Of a DNA stretch of 58,488 bases, positions 23,832 to 37,059 are shown piece after piece; the stretch's first letter is position 1, and each line of letters starts with the position of its first letter. This DNA is from Octopus sinensis. Its lineage: Eukaryota. Location: contig NW_021834378.1 in the NCBI RefSeq assembly GCF_006345805.1, forward strand, positions 1 through 58,488. The letters are read 5' to 3'. Position numbers and translations under genes: made by a program. The notes below the pieces were generated by a model. The model had not been told where the DNA came from and did no database searches. It saw only the letters and a program-made list of their open reading frames with translations.

Positions 23832-24940
23832 AGCTTGGGCAAAGTTCAGAGAGCTCTTATACCTCTGCTGGTGACAAAGGCCTCTCGCACAGAGTGAAGG
23901 CAGACTGTATGATGCGTGTGTACGAACAGCCATGCTACATGGCAGTGAAACATGGGCCGTGACTGCTGAGGATATGCGTAAACTCGCTAGAAATGAAGCC
24001 AGTATGCTCCGATGATGTGTAATGCCGTTACTCACACTCGGCAGAGTGTAAGTACCTTGAGAGAAAGCTGGACCTAAGAAGCATCAGTTGTGGTGTGGCA
24101 AGAGAGACGTTTGCGCTGGTATGGTCCATGTGGCGAGAATGGATGAAGATAGTTGTGTGAAAAAGTGCCACACCCTAGCGGTTGAGGGAACCTGTGGAAG
24201 AGGCAGACCCAGGAAAACCTGGGACGAGGTGGTGAAGCACGACCTTCGAACTTTAGGTCTCACTGAGGAAATGACTAGAGACCGAGACCTCTGAAGTGTG
24301 CTGTGCGCGAGAAGACCCGGCAGGACATGAGTCCATAACCCGTTGCCTTCTACATGGGATGGAGCCCAGCCTACGTATGCATACCTTCCCTTCTTGGACA
24401 CAAAACTCTATTTGTGAAGACGTGATGAGGCAAGTGAGGATCAGAATCGAAATCGATCAATGGAAATTGCTGATTGCTACCAGTGCGGCCTGTGGCATGT
24501 CAAAACTCTGCTTGTGAAGACCCGTTGAGGCAAGTGACGATCAGAATCGAATCGATCAATGGAAATCGATCAATGGAAATTGCAGATGTGTTACCAGTGC
24601 CGGTGGCATGTAAGAGAACTTTCCGTTTCGCGACCGTTGCCAGCACCGCCCCGTTTCGTGTCCGTTGGCAGCCTCGCCTGGCCCTCGTGCCGGTGGCACT
24701 AAAAGCAACCATCCGTCGTCGTGGCCGTTTGCCAGCTCTGTCTGGCACCAGTGCGGGTGCACGTAAAAAGCACCCACTACACTCACGGAGTGGTTGGCGT
24801 TAGGAAAGGCATCCCAGCCGTAGAAACACTGCCAGATTTGACTGGGCCTGATGAAGCCTTCTGGCTTCACAGACCCCAGTAGAACCGTCCAACCCATGCT
24901 AGCATGGAAAACGGACGCTAAACGATGTTGATGATGATGA
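23832..24940 (+). mobile_element. 5'-truncated RTE-type LINE (end of ORF2, 3' UTR, (ATG)n tail)
   Basis: Frameshifted RLYDACVRTAMLHGSETWAVTAEDMRKLARNEASMLR ... HVARMDEDSCVKKC..VEGTCGRGRPRKTW; LHGSETW and GRPRKTW are RTE hallmarks. Confidence 0.8.
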
Positions 24941-25775
24941 TATATATATATATATATAATATATATATATTATATATTATATAAACGTTTCTCATAGGGG
25001 ACTTTTACTCTGGCACCAAGAAGATATTGCACATTGCGGCAATCCAACTCCCGAAAGAACGTGACTGAAAGCGACTTTTGTGAGGACAGTCGCCAATTAT
25101 CGGTGAGCGACTCATTCGAATGCTTTTGTTCTCTTCTAAACTGGTTAGGTCCCAGCCATGCCATGTTCCTCAACCACTCCCTCTGTCATATGACATGAGT
25201 AGAATTTTTTGTAAGGAGATCTATTCAGGATGGTGAATATCTGCGAATCACCGACCAGAACAATAATGACAAGCGTTAATATCGTGCTACACAACTTGAG
25301 TTAAATTTTTTCGCTTCGCAATTAGCCGAATTTAGGCTGAAATTTACAGATATGGTTCCCATTATTGGCGTCTGCTTTCAGCAATGCCACCACTTTCTGG
25401 ATCACAGAAATGGTAATTTTCTCGTTTTATTGCCAGTTGCTGGATATCTGTTAATATGTCATCAATCAAGTCTTCATTTAAACGCAGTGTTTGAGAAGAA
25501 TAACAATAATAAATATGCGCCCTTTTTTTTTAAAGCCTAGCCAGGCTCAGGAGCCCTTTTCCCTCGGTTTCTATGCGCATGTGTTACCCAGCTGGACGGG
25601 CCCGCCAGTCCATCGCAGTGTTACTCATTTTTGCCAGCTGAGTGGACTGGAGCACGTGAAAGGAATGTTTTGCTCAAGAATACAACGCGTCGCCCGTTCC
25701 AGGAATCGAAACCACAACCTTTACGATCATGATGCTGACGCCATAAACACTAAGCCACGCGCCTTCATTTGCACC

Positions 25776-26100
25776 TGTAGCAATAACCATTTTAGCCATT
25801 TAAATGTGGCGTGAATTGGCAATATGACGTAATGTCTTTGCCGAAGATTATCATTTTCATTTTTCCCATTGGGTATATAACTGCTCATATAAAGATTCTA
25901 AAAGTTTCGTAAAGAATATTTGTCATGGATTTCGATTCTTTTTAGTCAAATTTCTTTACGAAACTTTTAGAATCTTTATATGAGCAGTTATATTAACCAA
26001 TGGAAAAAAAACGAAAAGGATAATTCTTCGGCAATACGACATTACGTCATATTGCCAATTCACGCCACATTTCAAAATGGCTAAAATGGTTATTGCTACA
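25776..26100. mobile_element. Same foldback element, centre-deleted state (325 bp)
   Basis: Same termini and CACC flanks; only about 160 bp of each arm remain. Confidence 0.7.
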
Positions 26101-26503
26101 CACCCTTTTAAGCCTAGCCAGGCTCATGAGCCCAGTTTTCCCGTTCAATGGCGTATGTGTTCCCCAGCTGGATGGGACGCCAGTCCATCTAAGCGTTACT
26201 CATTTTTGCCGGCTGGTGGACTGGAGAAACGTGAAATTAAGTGATTTGCTCAAGAACACAACGCGTCGCCCGGTCCAGGAATCGAAACCCACAATCTTAC
26301 GATCATGATGCTGACGCCTCCACTGTTTCAGAAGAAGGCATACCTGAATTAGTTGATTCTCCTCGTTTGCTCCTGTCTGTTATCGGATTTTTCGCAGTAC
26401 TCATCCTCCGCTGCCATGAGTCCTGTGGCACTCCATGGAGGTAAGCACTGAGGTTCATCTTGCGATTCGGTCCGCCATTCGTCCTGAACACAGGAGATGA
26501 TTT

Positions 26504-29437
26504 GATCTTTTCCTTTTGAACGGCAGTTTTCAACACAATTTCTAGTTAACTAAACACTTTTCAACTTCGTTACTGGTAGAATGTGTTTATAAAACATCAT
26601 TTTCTCTTGGTTTTATTGAGAAAATTCTAGAATCATTTCTGTTTGAACGGCATTTTTTTAAAATAATTTCCACGTAACTAAACACTTTTAAACTTCGTAT
26701 ACTGGTAGAATGTATTTATAAAACATCATTTTCTCTTGGTTTTATTGAGAAAATTCTAGGATCTTTTCTGTTTGAAAGGCAGTTTTTAAAAATAATTTCC
26801 ACGTAACTAAACACTTTTAAACTTCGTATACTGGTAGAATGTTTTATAAAAATCATTTTCTCTTGGTTTATTGAGAAGATTCTAGGACTTTTCTGTTTGA
26901 AAGGCAGTTTTTAAAAATAATTTCCACGTAACTAAAAACACTTTTACTTCGTATACTGGTAGAATGTGTTTTAAAACATCATTTTCTCTTGGTTTTATTG
27001 AGAAAATTCTAGAATCTTTTTCTTTTGAACGGCAGTTTTTTAAAATAATTTCCACGTAACTAAACAAACTTTTAAAACTTCGTATACTGGTATGAATGTA
27101 TTTATAAAACATCATTTTCTCTGTTTTATTGAGAAAATTCTAGGATCTTTTCTGTTTGAAAGGCCGTTTTTAAAATAATTTCCACGTAACTAAACACTTT
27201 TAAACTTCGTATACTGGTAGAATGTGATTATAAAACAAAAAATCATTTTCTCTTTGTTTTATTGAGTAGATTCTAGGAACTTTTCTGTTTGAAAGGCAGT
27301 TTTTAAAAATAATTTCCACGTAACTAAACACTTTTCAACTTCGTATACTGGTAGAATGTGTTATAAACATCATTTTCTCTTGGTTTTATTGAGAAAATTC
27401 TAGAATCTTTTCTGTTTTGAACGCAAGTTTTTTAAAATAATTTCCACGTAACTAAACCTTTTAAACTTCGTTACTGGTAGAATGTATTTATAAAACATCA
27501 TTTTCTCTTGGTTTTATTGAGAAAATTCTAGGATCATTTCTGTTTGAAAGGCAGTTTTAAAAATAATTTCCACGTAACTAAACACTTTTAAACTTCGTAT
27601 ACAGGTAGAATGTGTTTAAAAACATCATTTTCTCTTGGTTTTATTGAGAAGATTCTAGGAACTTTTCTGTTTGAAAGGCAGTTTTTAAAAATAATTTCCA
27701 CGTAACTAAACACTTTAAACTTCGTATACTGGTAGAATGTGTTTATAAAACATCATTTTCTCTTGGTTTTATTGAGAAAATTCTAGAATCTTTTCTGTTT
27801 GAAAGGCAGTTTTTTAAAATAATTTCCACGTAACTAAACACTTTAAACTTCGTATACTGGTAGAATGTGTTATAAAACATCATTTTCTCTGGTTTTATTG
27901 AGAAAATTCTAGGATCTTTTCTGTTTGAACGGCAGTTTTTTAAAATAATTTCCACGTAACTAAAAACTTTTAGTTACGTGGAAATATTTTTAAAAAACTG
28001 CCGTTCAAACAGAAAAGATCCTAGAATTTTCTCAATAAAACAAGAGAAAATGATGTTTTATAAACACATTCTACCAGTATACGAAGTTTAAAAGTGTTTA
28101 GTTACGTGGAAATTATTTTAAAAAACTGCCTTTCAAACAGAAAAGATTCTAGAATTTTCTCAATAAAACCAAGAGAAAATGATGTTTTATAAACACATTC
28201 TACCAGTATACGAAGTTTAAAAGTGTTTAGTTACGTGGAAATTATTTTTAAAAACTGCCTTTCAAACAGAAAAGTTCCTAGAATCTTCTCAATAAAACCA
28301 AGAGAAAATGATGTTTTATAAACACATTCTACCTGTATACGAAGTTTAAAAGTGTTTAGTTACGTGGAAATTATTTTTAAAAACTGCCTTTCAAACAGAA
28401 ATGATCCTAGAATTTTCTCAATAAAACCAAGAGAAAATGATGTTTTATAAATACATTCTACCAGTATACGAAGTTTAAAAGTGTTTAGTTACGTGGAAAT
28501 TATTTTAAAAAACTGCCGTTCAAACAGAAAAGATTCTAGAATTTTCTCATAAAACCAAGAGAAAATGATGTTTTATAAACACATTCTACCAGTATACGAA
28601 GTTGAAAAGTGTTAGTTACGTGGAAATTATTTTTAAAAAACTGCCTTTCAAACAGAAAAGTTCCTAGAATCTACTCAATAAAACCAAGAGAAAATGATGT
28701 TTTATAATCACATTCTACCAGTATACGAAGTTTAAAAGTGTTTAGTTACGTGGAAATTATTTTTAAAAACTGCCTTTCAAACAGAAAAGATCCTAGAATT
28801 TTCTCAATAAAACCAAGAGAAAATGATGTTTTATAAATACATTCTACCAGTATACGAAGTTTAAAAGTGTTTAGTTACGTGGAAATTATTTTAAAAAACT
28901 GCCGTTCAAACAGAAAAGATTCTAGAATTTTCTCAATAAAACCAAGAGAAAATGATGTTTTATAAACACATTCTACCAGTATACGAAGTTTAAAAGTGTT
29001 TAGTTACGTGGAAATTATTTTTAAAAACTGCCTTTCAAACAGAAAAGTTCCTAGAATCTTCTCAATAAAACCAAGAGAAAATGATGTTTTATAAACACAT
29101 TCTACCAGTATACGAAGTTTAAAAGTGTTTAGTTACGTGGAAATTATTTTTAAAAACTGCCTTTCAAACAGAAAAGATCCTAGAATTTTCTCAATAAAAC
29201 CAAGAGAAAATGATGTTTTATAAATACATTCTACCAGTATACGAAGTTTAAAAGTGTTTAGTTACGTGGAAATTATTTTAAAAAACTGCCGTTCAAACAG
29301 AAATGATTCTAGAATTTTCTCAATAAAACCAAGAGAAAATGATGTTTTATAAACACATTCTACCAGTATACGAAGTTTAAAAGTGTTTAGTTAACTAGAA
29401 ATTGTGTTGAAATCTGGCCTTCAAACGGAAAAGATCC
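26504..29437. repeat. Head-to-head 129-bp arrays (about 11 + 11 units) at the centre of the inner palindrome
   Basis: Orientation flips at GTAACTAAAA-AC-TTTTAGTTAC (loop 27966-27967). Confidence 0.9.
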
Positions 29438-29842
29438 AAATCATCTCCTGTTGTTCAGGACTAATGGCGGCTCGAATCGCAAGATGAACCTCAGTGCTTA
29501 CCTCCATGGAGTGCCACAGGACTCATGGCAGCGGAGGATGAGTACTGCGAAAATCCGATAACAGACAGGAGCAAACGAGGAGCAAATCAACTAATTCAGG
29601 TATGCTTCTTCTGAACAGTGGAGGCGTCAGCATCATGATCGTAAGATTGTGGTTTCGATTCCTGGACCGGGCGACGCGTTGTGTTCTTGAGCAAATCACT
29701 TCATTTCACGTTTCTCCAGTCCACCCAGCCGGCAAAAATGAGTAACGCTGAGATGGACTGGCGTCCCATCCAGCTGGGGAACACATACGCCATTGAAACC
29801 GGAAAACTGGGCTCATGAGCCTGGCTAGGCTTTAAAAGGGTG

Positions 29843-30174
29843 TGTAGCAATAACCATTTTAGCCATTTTGAAATGTGGCGTGAATTGGCAATATGACGTA
29901 ATGTCGTATTGCCGAAGAATTATCCTTTTCGTTTTTTTTCCATTGGTTAATATAACTGCTCATATAAAGATTCTAAAAGTTTCGTAAAGAATATTTGACT
30001 AAAAAGAATCGAAATCCATGACAAATATTCTTTACGAAACTTTTAGAATCCTTATATGAGAAGTTATATTAACCAATGGGAAAAATGAAAATGATAATTC
30101 TTCGGCAATACGACATTACGTCATATTGCCAATTCACGCCACATTTCAAAATGGCTAAAATGGTTATTGCTACA
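29843..30174. mobile_element. Same foldback element, centre-deleted state (332 bp)
   Basis: Mirror of 25776-26100, with GGTG flanks. Confidence 0.7.
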
Positions 30175-30965
30175 GGTGCAAATGAAGGCGCGTGGCTTAG
30201 TGTTTAGGGCGTCAGCATCATGATCGTAAAGGTTGTGGTTTCGATTCCTGGAACGGGCGACGCGTTGTATTCTTGAGCAAAACACTTCCTTTCACGTTGC
30301 TCCAGTCCACTCAGCTGGCAAAAATGAGTAACACTGCGATGGACTGGCGGCCCGTCCAGCTGGGTAACACATGCGCCATAGAAACCGAGAAAACGGGCCC
30401 ATGAGCCTGGCTAGGCTTTAAAAAAAAAAGGGCGTATTTATTTATTTTTATTCTTCTCAAACACTGCGTTTAAATGACAGACTTGATTGATGACATATTA
30501 ACAGATATCCAGCAACTGGCAATAAAAGGAGAAAATTACCATTTCTGTGATCCAGAAAGTGGTGGCATTGCTGAAAGCAGACGCCAATAATGGGAACCAT
30601 ATCTGTAAATTTCAGCCTAAAATTCGGCTAATTGCGAAGCGAAAAAATTTAACTCAAGTGTTAGCACAGATATTAACGCTTGTCATTATTGTTCTGGTCG
30701 GTGATTCGCAGATATTCACCATCCTGAATAGATCTCCTTACAAAAAATTCTACTCATGTCATATGACAGAGGGAGTGGTTGAGGAAAATGGCATGGCTGG
30801 GACCTAAACCAGTTTAGAAGAAACAAAAGCATTCGAATGAGTCGCTCACCGATAATTGGCGACTGTCCTCACAAAAGTCGCTTTCAGTCACGTCTTTCGG
30901 AGTTGGATTGCCGCAATGTGCAATATCTTCTTGGTTGCCAGAGTAAAAGTCCACCTATGAGAACC

Positions 30966-31055
<90 letters not shown>

Positions 31056-31574
31056 AGATAAAGGGTGAAATATAATTAATTTAATAAAATTAACTAATTT
31101 CACCTAGTAGCACTTCGATATGGAAAAGGACCATATTCGGTAAAAGTTTATATAATTATAACAATAAGGGTCTTTGCAACAAGTTGCTTGACCCTTATTG
31201 TTGCAAAGAATCTTATTGTTATATATATATATATATATATATGATAAAATATTAGGGAATAAATCCAAACTTACAGGGAAAAATCAGATTTAGGATTAAA
31301 TCCAATTTTATAGTAAAATATTATATTATATTAAATTAGAGATAAAACCACTATTAGGCAAATCAAACAATGAAAAACATAAGAAGCCAATACATAAAAT
31401 TAATTAATTTATATTATTTAAAATATATATCAAAAGTTTTAAAAGTTTAGTTAGACTTTTAATACTTTTGATATATATTTAAAATAATATAAATTAATTA
31501 CTTTTATGTATTGGCTTATGTTTTTCATTGTTTGATTTGCCTAATAGTGGTTTTATCTCTAATTTAATATAATA

Positions 31575-31620
<46 letters not shown>

Positions 31621-33522
31621 TATATATACATACTCTATACTTTTTCGGAGTTGGATTGCCACAATGTGCAATATCTTCTTGGTTGCCAGAGTAAAAGTCC
31701 ACCAATGAGAACCGTTCATTTCCAAGGCTTTCTCTTCCCATTCGTTCTCTATTTACAGACTCTAAAGCTACTACTGCGGAAAATGGGGACATTGAGGAAT
31801 ATTTCTGCGTGAGGTAGGATGTCACTGTGTCAGAGCCCAGGGACATAGAATTGATCAGCACTGTTGAAAAGGAGGCTGTGTCGATAAAATATGTACCAGT
31901 TAAACACTGGGGTCGATGTAATCAATTAACTCCCTTTACTTAAAATTATAACCCTATGCCATCATTTGAAACCAAAGGCGGCAAAGTGACAGAATGGTTC
32001 GCAAGCCGGACAAACTGCTTACTGGCATTTCTTCCGATTATTTATGTTCACCCTTTAAATGTCAATACAATAATAAATCAACAAAATGACTCAAAGTCAT
32101 TGGTACGGACTACACTTTTCTCCTAAACTGGCTGGCCTTATTCCATCTTCACAAAGAGGAAAAGTGAAATTTGGCCCAGCTGGAGTGTTTTTGTATGTAT
32201 AAAAAATCCTTTTAGTTATGCAGTATTTTGCATTTTCCCAGAAAGGATAGAATCTGAGGATAGTAGGGTCACCATGGCTGGCATTTCTTAACGACGGACA
32301 GTAACATAGTGGCAGTTTAACGGCTGGCGTAAAATTTTGACACGATTTAGTCTTTATTATGAATTATCTGTCTGTTTAATATCCTCTTTGTAATGTGTTT
32401 CGATGGAGGTGTAGACATTTTAAAATCTCGGTGTAAATAAAATGCATTTTGGAAATTCTGAAACCGGACCTTCGAGGAGCTTATATATATGTCGTGAGTC
32501 ACTTTTGCCTATAGTAAACAACTCTTAAATAAGTTTCTGCTTTGTGAACCGAGGAAAGAGAGTTTTTTGTATGATTGTTTTTTTAAGGATTTTGCAAAAA
32601 ATATATTTCAAAAGCATTTTTTTTACATTGCCAGGTGCATGCATTGCTGCAACGCAACCATGGTTCACAGAATCATAATTGGTGGTCAGGTTTTAGGTGC
32701 AGTTGTATTGATTCCGTACACAACAATGTCTTTCTTATGAATTATATACAAGCGTATCCTCTTCTTTATTTGTTTCTAAGGGAGTGTAGACAGGTTTTAT
32801 TTCAGTGAAAAAAAAAATGCATTTTGGAAAATCTGAAATGTCACTACTGAAACGCATTTCCTTTTTGTATCGAGTAACCCAGAAACGAACAAATATAACA
32901 AAAGACAGCAGATATATATACGTCGTGGATCACTTTTGCTTGCGTAGGCAACTCTTAAATAATGCTTCTGCTTAGTGAACCGAGAGAGGAGAATTTTTGT
33001 ATGATTTTTTTAACGATGTTGCAAGAAATACATTTCAAAAGTATCGCCCGGCATTGCTCGGGTTTCTTTTCTTTTCGACTCTTTAGAATTGGAATTTTTG
33101 AAAATAAATATTTTGCATTATGTAGCTTGATATTCTCTTTAAGTGAACATTTTTCTGGTTGAAATACACCAAAAAATGGCGACACAGCAGTTAAAAAACC
33201 GTAAAAAATAGGGATTTTCATAGAAAAAAGCACCTTTTTGATATAAATAATTTTTGGTGTTAACACGGTCCAATTTGAATTTTTTCTTCTACGGAAGGAA
33301 GAGCAAGCCTTCTTCTATCATACTCTTAATTTTGGTCAACTTGCGCAGCAGGGTCCCGGAGGAGATAGTGTTAGTTGAAGGCTACCAAACCTGCCATACA
33401 CAGACAACTTCAGTTTTATATTACCATTATGAACATATTTCTAATTAGAGCTTAGCAACATTGCTTCACCGCACCTCAATTATGTTTATAATTATGTTCA
33501 TGATTGTAATAAATTTTGTATG

Positions 33523-33580
<58 letters not shown>

Positions 33581-33599
33581 GATATATATATATATATAT

Positions 33600-33644
<45 letters not shown>

Positions 33645-33712
33645 ATATGTGTATATATATATATATAGATATATATATATATATATAATATATATTATAT
33701 ATATATATATAT

Positions 33713-33744
<32 letters not shown>

Positions 33745-33964
33745 TATGTGTATATATATACATGTATATGTGTATATGTTTTAATCGAATGATTCAATAT
33801 ACAAGCATATATACATACATACATACATACATATCTATATATATATGCATGTATGGCCGTGGTCTAGTGACTGAAACAAGTAAAAGATAAATATATATGT
33901 GTATATATATATACGTATATATATATATATATATATATAGATATATATATATATACATACATAC

Positions 33965-34063
<99 letters not shown>

Positions 34064-34093
34064 TATATTATATATATATATATATATACACAC

Positions 34094-34165
<72 letters not shown>

Positions 34166-34236
34166 TACATACATATATATATATATATAATATATATTAT
34201 ATATATATATAATATATATACATATATATATATTAT

Positions 34237-34267
<31 letters not shown>

Positions 34268-34312
34268 TCATTCATTTATCCGTGTTAATTGTTAACAAGG
34301 TAAAATACACTC

Positions 34313-34343
<31 letters not shown>

Positions 34344-35360
34344 ACAATTTAGGAGTGGCCTTAACAGGCCATTCGTCCACTAGAGAGAGAGCATCCAGAA
34401 CTCAAACTGCAAGCAGTATCAATTCAGAAATTAGGTGAAAATTTAAAAACATTTACCCTAATTCATCTTTTAGACGATGCATCGTTTCTGTGTTGTTAAA
34501 TGATAAACTAGCTTAATTAAATTAAATTTACTGATGAAGTGTGACCTATGGTAGATTGGTCATATATAAACGGTTCTCATAGGTGGACTTTTACTCTGGC
34601 AACCAAGAAGATATTGCACATTGCGGCAATCCAACTCCGAAAGACGTGACTGAAAGCGACTTTTGTGAGGACAGTCGCCAATTATCGGTGAGCGACTCAT
34701 TCGAATGCTTTTGTTTCTTCTAAACTGGTTTAGGTCCCAGCCATGCCATGTTCCTCAACCACTCCCTCTGTCATATGACATGAGTAGAATTTTTTGTAAG
34801 GAGATCTATTCAGGATGGTGAATATCTGCGAATCACCGACCAGAACAATAATGACAAGCGTTAATATCTGTGCTAACACTTGAGTTAAATTTTTTCGCTT
34901 CGCAATTAGCCGAATTTTAGGCTGAAATTTACAGATATGGTTCCCATTATTGGCGTCTGCTTTCAGCAATGCCACCACTTTCTGGATCACAGAAATGGTA
35001 ATTTTCTCGTTTTATTGCCAGTTGCTGGATATCTGTTAATATGTCATCAATCAAGTCTGTCATTTAAACGCAGTGTTTGAGAAGAATAAAAATAAACAAA
35101 TACGCCCTTTTTTTTAAAGCCTAGCCAGGCTCATGGGCCCGTTTTCTCGGTTTCTATGGCGCATGTGTTACCCAGCTGGACGGGCCGCCAGTCCATCGCA
35201 GTGTTACTCATTTTTGCCAGCTGAGTGGACTGGAGCAACGTGAAAGGAAGTGTTTTGCTCAAGAATACAACGCGTCGCCCGTTCCAGGAATCGAAACCAC
35301 AACCTTTACGATCATGATGCTGACGCCCTAAACACTAAGCCACGCGCCTTCATTTGCACC

Positions 35361-36640
35361 TGTAGCAATAACCATTTTAGCCATTTTGAAATGTGCCGTG
35401 AATTGGCAATATGACGTAATGTCGTATTGCCGAAGAATTATCATTTTCGTTTTTTCCATTGGTTAATATAATTGCTCATATAAAGATTCTAAAAGTTTCG
35501 TAAAGAATATTTGTCATGGTTTTCGATTCTTTTTAGTCAAGTTGAGCAATTATAAAAACCCTGGATTTTGGGGAAAATATCAGTGTTTGTTGGATGTCAC
35601 TGAACTCCACGACACTCACTCTTTTGAGACATCGGTAATTTTCATGCCATGTCTAGAGTTAATCACAAATCTATTTTGATTTGTTGGTTAATGTATTAGC
35701 TAGAATTGAGAAATTAGTTAATGAAATTATAGTCGTTCTTCTTCGCGACAAAGTTATCTTTCCTACTGTAAATAATATAAAATGTTATATTTATATAATA
35801 AAACTAATTAAAAGAAAATGTTTCTCTTCACGTTTGTTTTTCAACTGAGCATAAATAAGGATGCATTTCTGTAATCCTTAATTTATGTTTTTTTATAGCG
35901 GTTTAAAGGACACGAAGAAAATATTCAACATACATGTCGTCAATATTCATAGCGTTTCATGCGTATATGTCTATATGACGATATAACTGTAGTTAGGGTT
36001 TTAGGTATAATGATAACACTTTAGTATAAGTGATGTTGAATCATTATATTCTCCCTTACTCAGAGAAAAGCCAAATAAAATAATAAAAACTAAGAGAAAG
36101 CTTAAGGTTTAAAACAAAAACCGCCAACTGAACATAAATTAAGGATTACAGAAATGCATCCTTATTTATGCTCAGTTGGAAAACAAACGTGAAGAGAAAC
36201 ATTTTCTTTTAATTAGTTTTATTATATAAATATAACATTTTATATTATTTACAGTAGGAAAGATAACTTTGTCGTGAAGAAGAACGACTATAATTTCATT
36301 TACTAATTTCTCAATTCTAGCAAATAGATTTGTGATTAACTCTAGACATGGCATGAAAATTACCGATGTCTCAAAAGAGTGAGTGTCGTGGAGTTCAGTG
36401 ACATCCAACAAACACTGATATTTTTCCCAAAATCCAGGGTTTTTATAACTGCTCAACTTGACTAAAAAGAATCGAAATCCATGGCAAATATTCTTTACGA
36501 AACTTTTAGAATCTTTATATGAGCAGTTATATTAACCAATGGAAAAAAGAACGAAAAGGATAATTCTTCGGCAATACGACATTACGTCATATTGCCAATT
36601 CACGCCACATTTCAAAATGGCTAAAATGGTTATTGCTACA
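35361..36640. mobile_element. Same foldback element, longest state (1280 bp)
   Basis: Flanked CACC/CACC; arms about 530 bp, spacer about 240 bp. Confidence 0.7.
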
Positions 36641-37059
36641 CACCCTTTTAAAGCCTAGCCAGGCTCATGGGCCCAGTTTTCCGGTTTCAATGGCGTATGT
36701 GTTCCCCAGCTGGATGGGACGCCAGTCCATCTCAGCGTTACTCATTTTTGCCAGCTGGGTGGACTGGAGAAACGTGAAATTAAGTGATTTGCTCAAGAAC
36801 ACAACGCGTCGCCCGGTCCAGGAATCGAAACCACAATCTTACGATCATGATGCTGACGCCTCCACTGTTTCAGAAGAAGCATACCTGAATTAGTTGATTT
36901 GCTCCTCGTTTATTTTACTTGTATTTTAGTGTCTGTTATCGGATTTTCGCAGTACTCATCCTCCGCTGCCATGAGTCCTGTGGCACTCCATGGAGGTAAG
37001 CACTGAGGTTCATCCTGCGATTCGGGCCGCCATTCGTCCTGAACAACAGGAGATGATTT

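Larger units (their letters stand above)
24981..30971. repeat. Inner near-perfect palindrome, about 3.0-kb arms, 2-nt loop
   Basis: 24981-27965 is the reverse complement of 27968-30971; most differences are 1-nt indels. Confidence 0.85.

Noticed and set aside
30547-30807. 86-aa ORF MIQKVVALLKADANNG.. (also 34730-34990)
   Set aside because: It recurs only because the cargo is duplicated. It is disrupted in the 19730 and 25170-25430 copies, has no recognisable family, and lacks clear splice signals.
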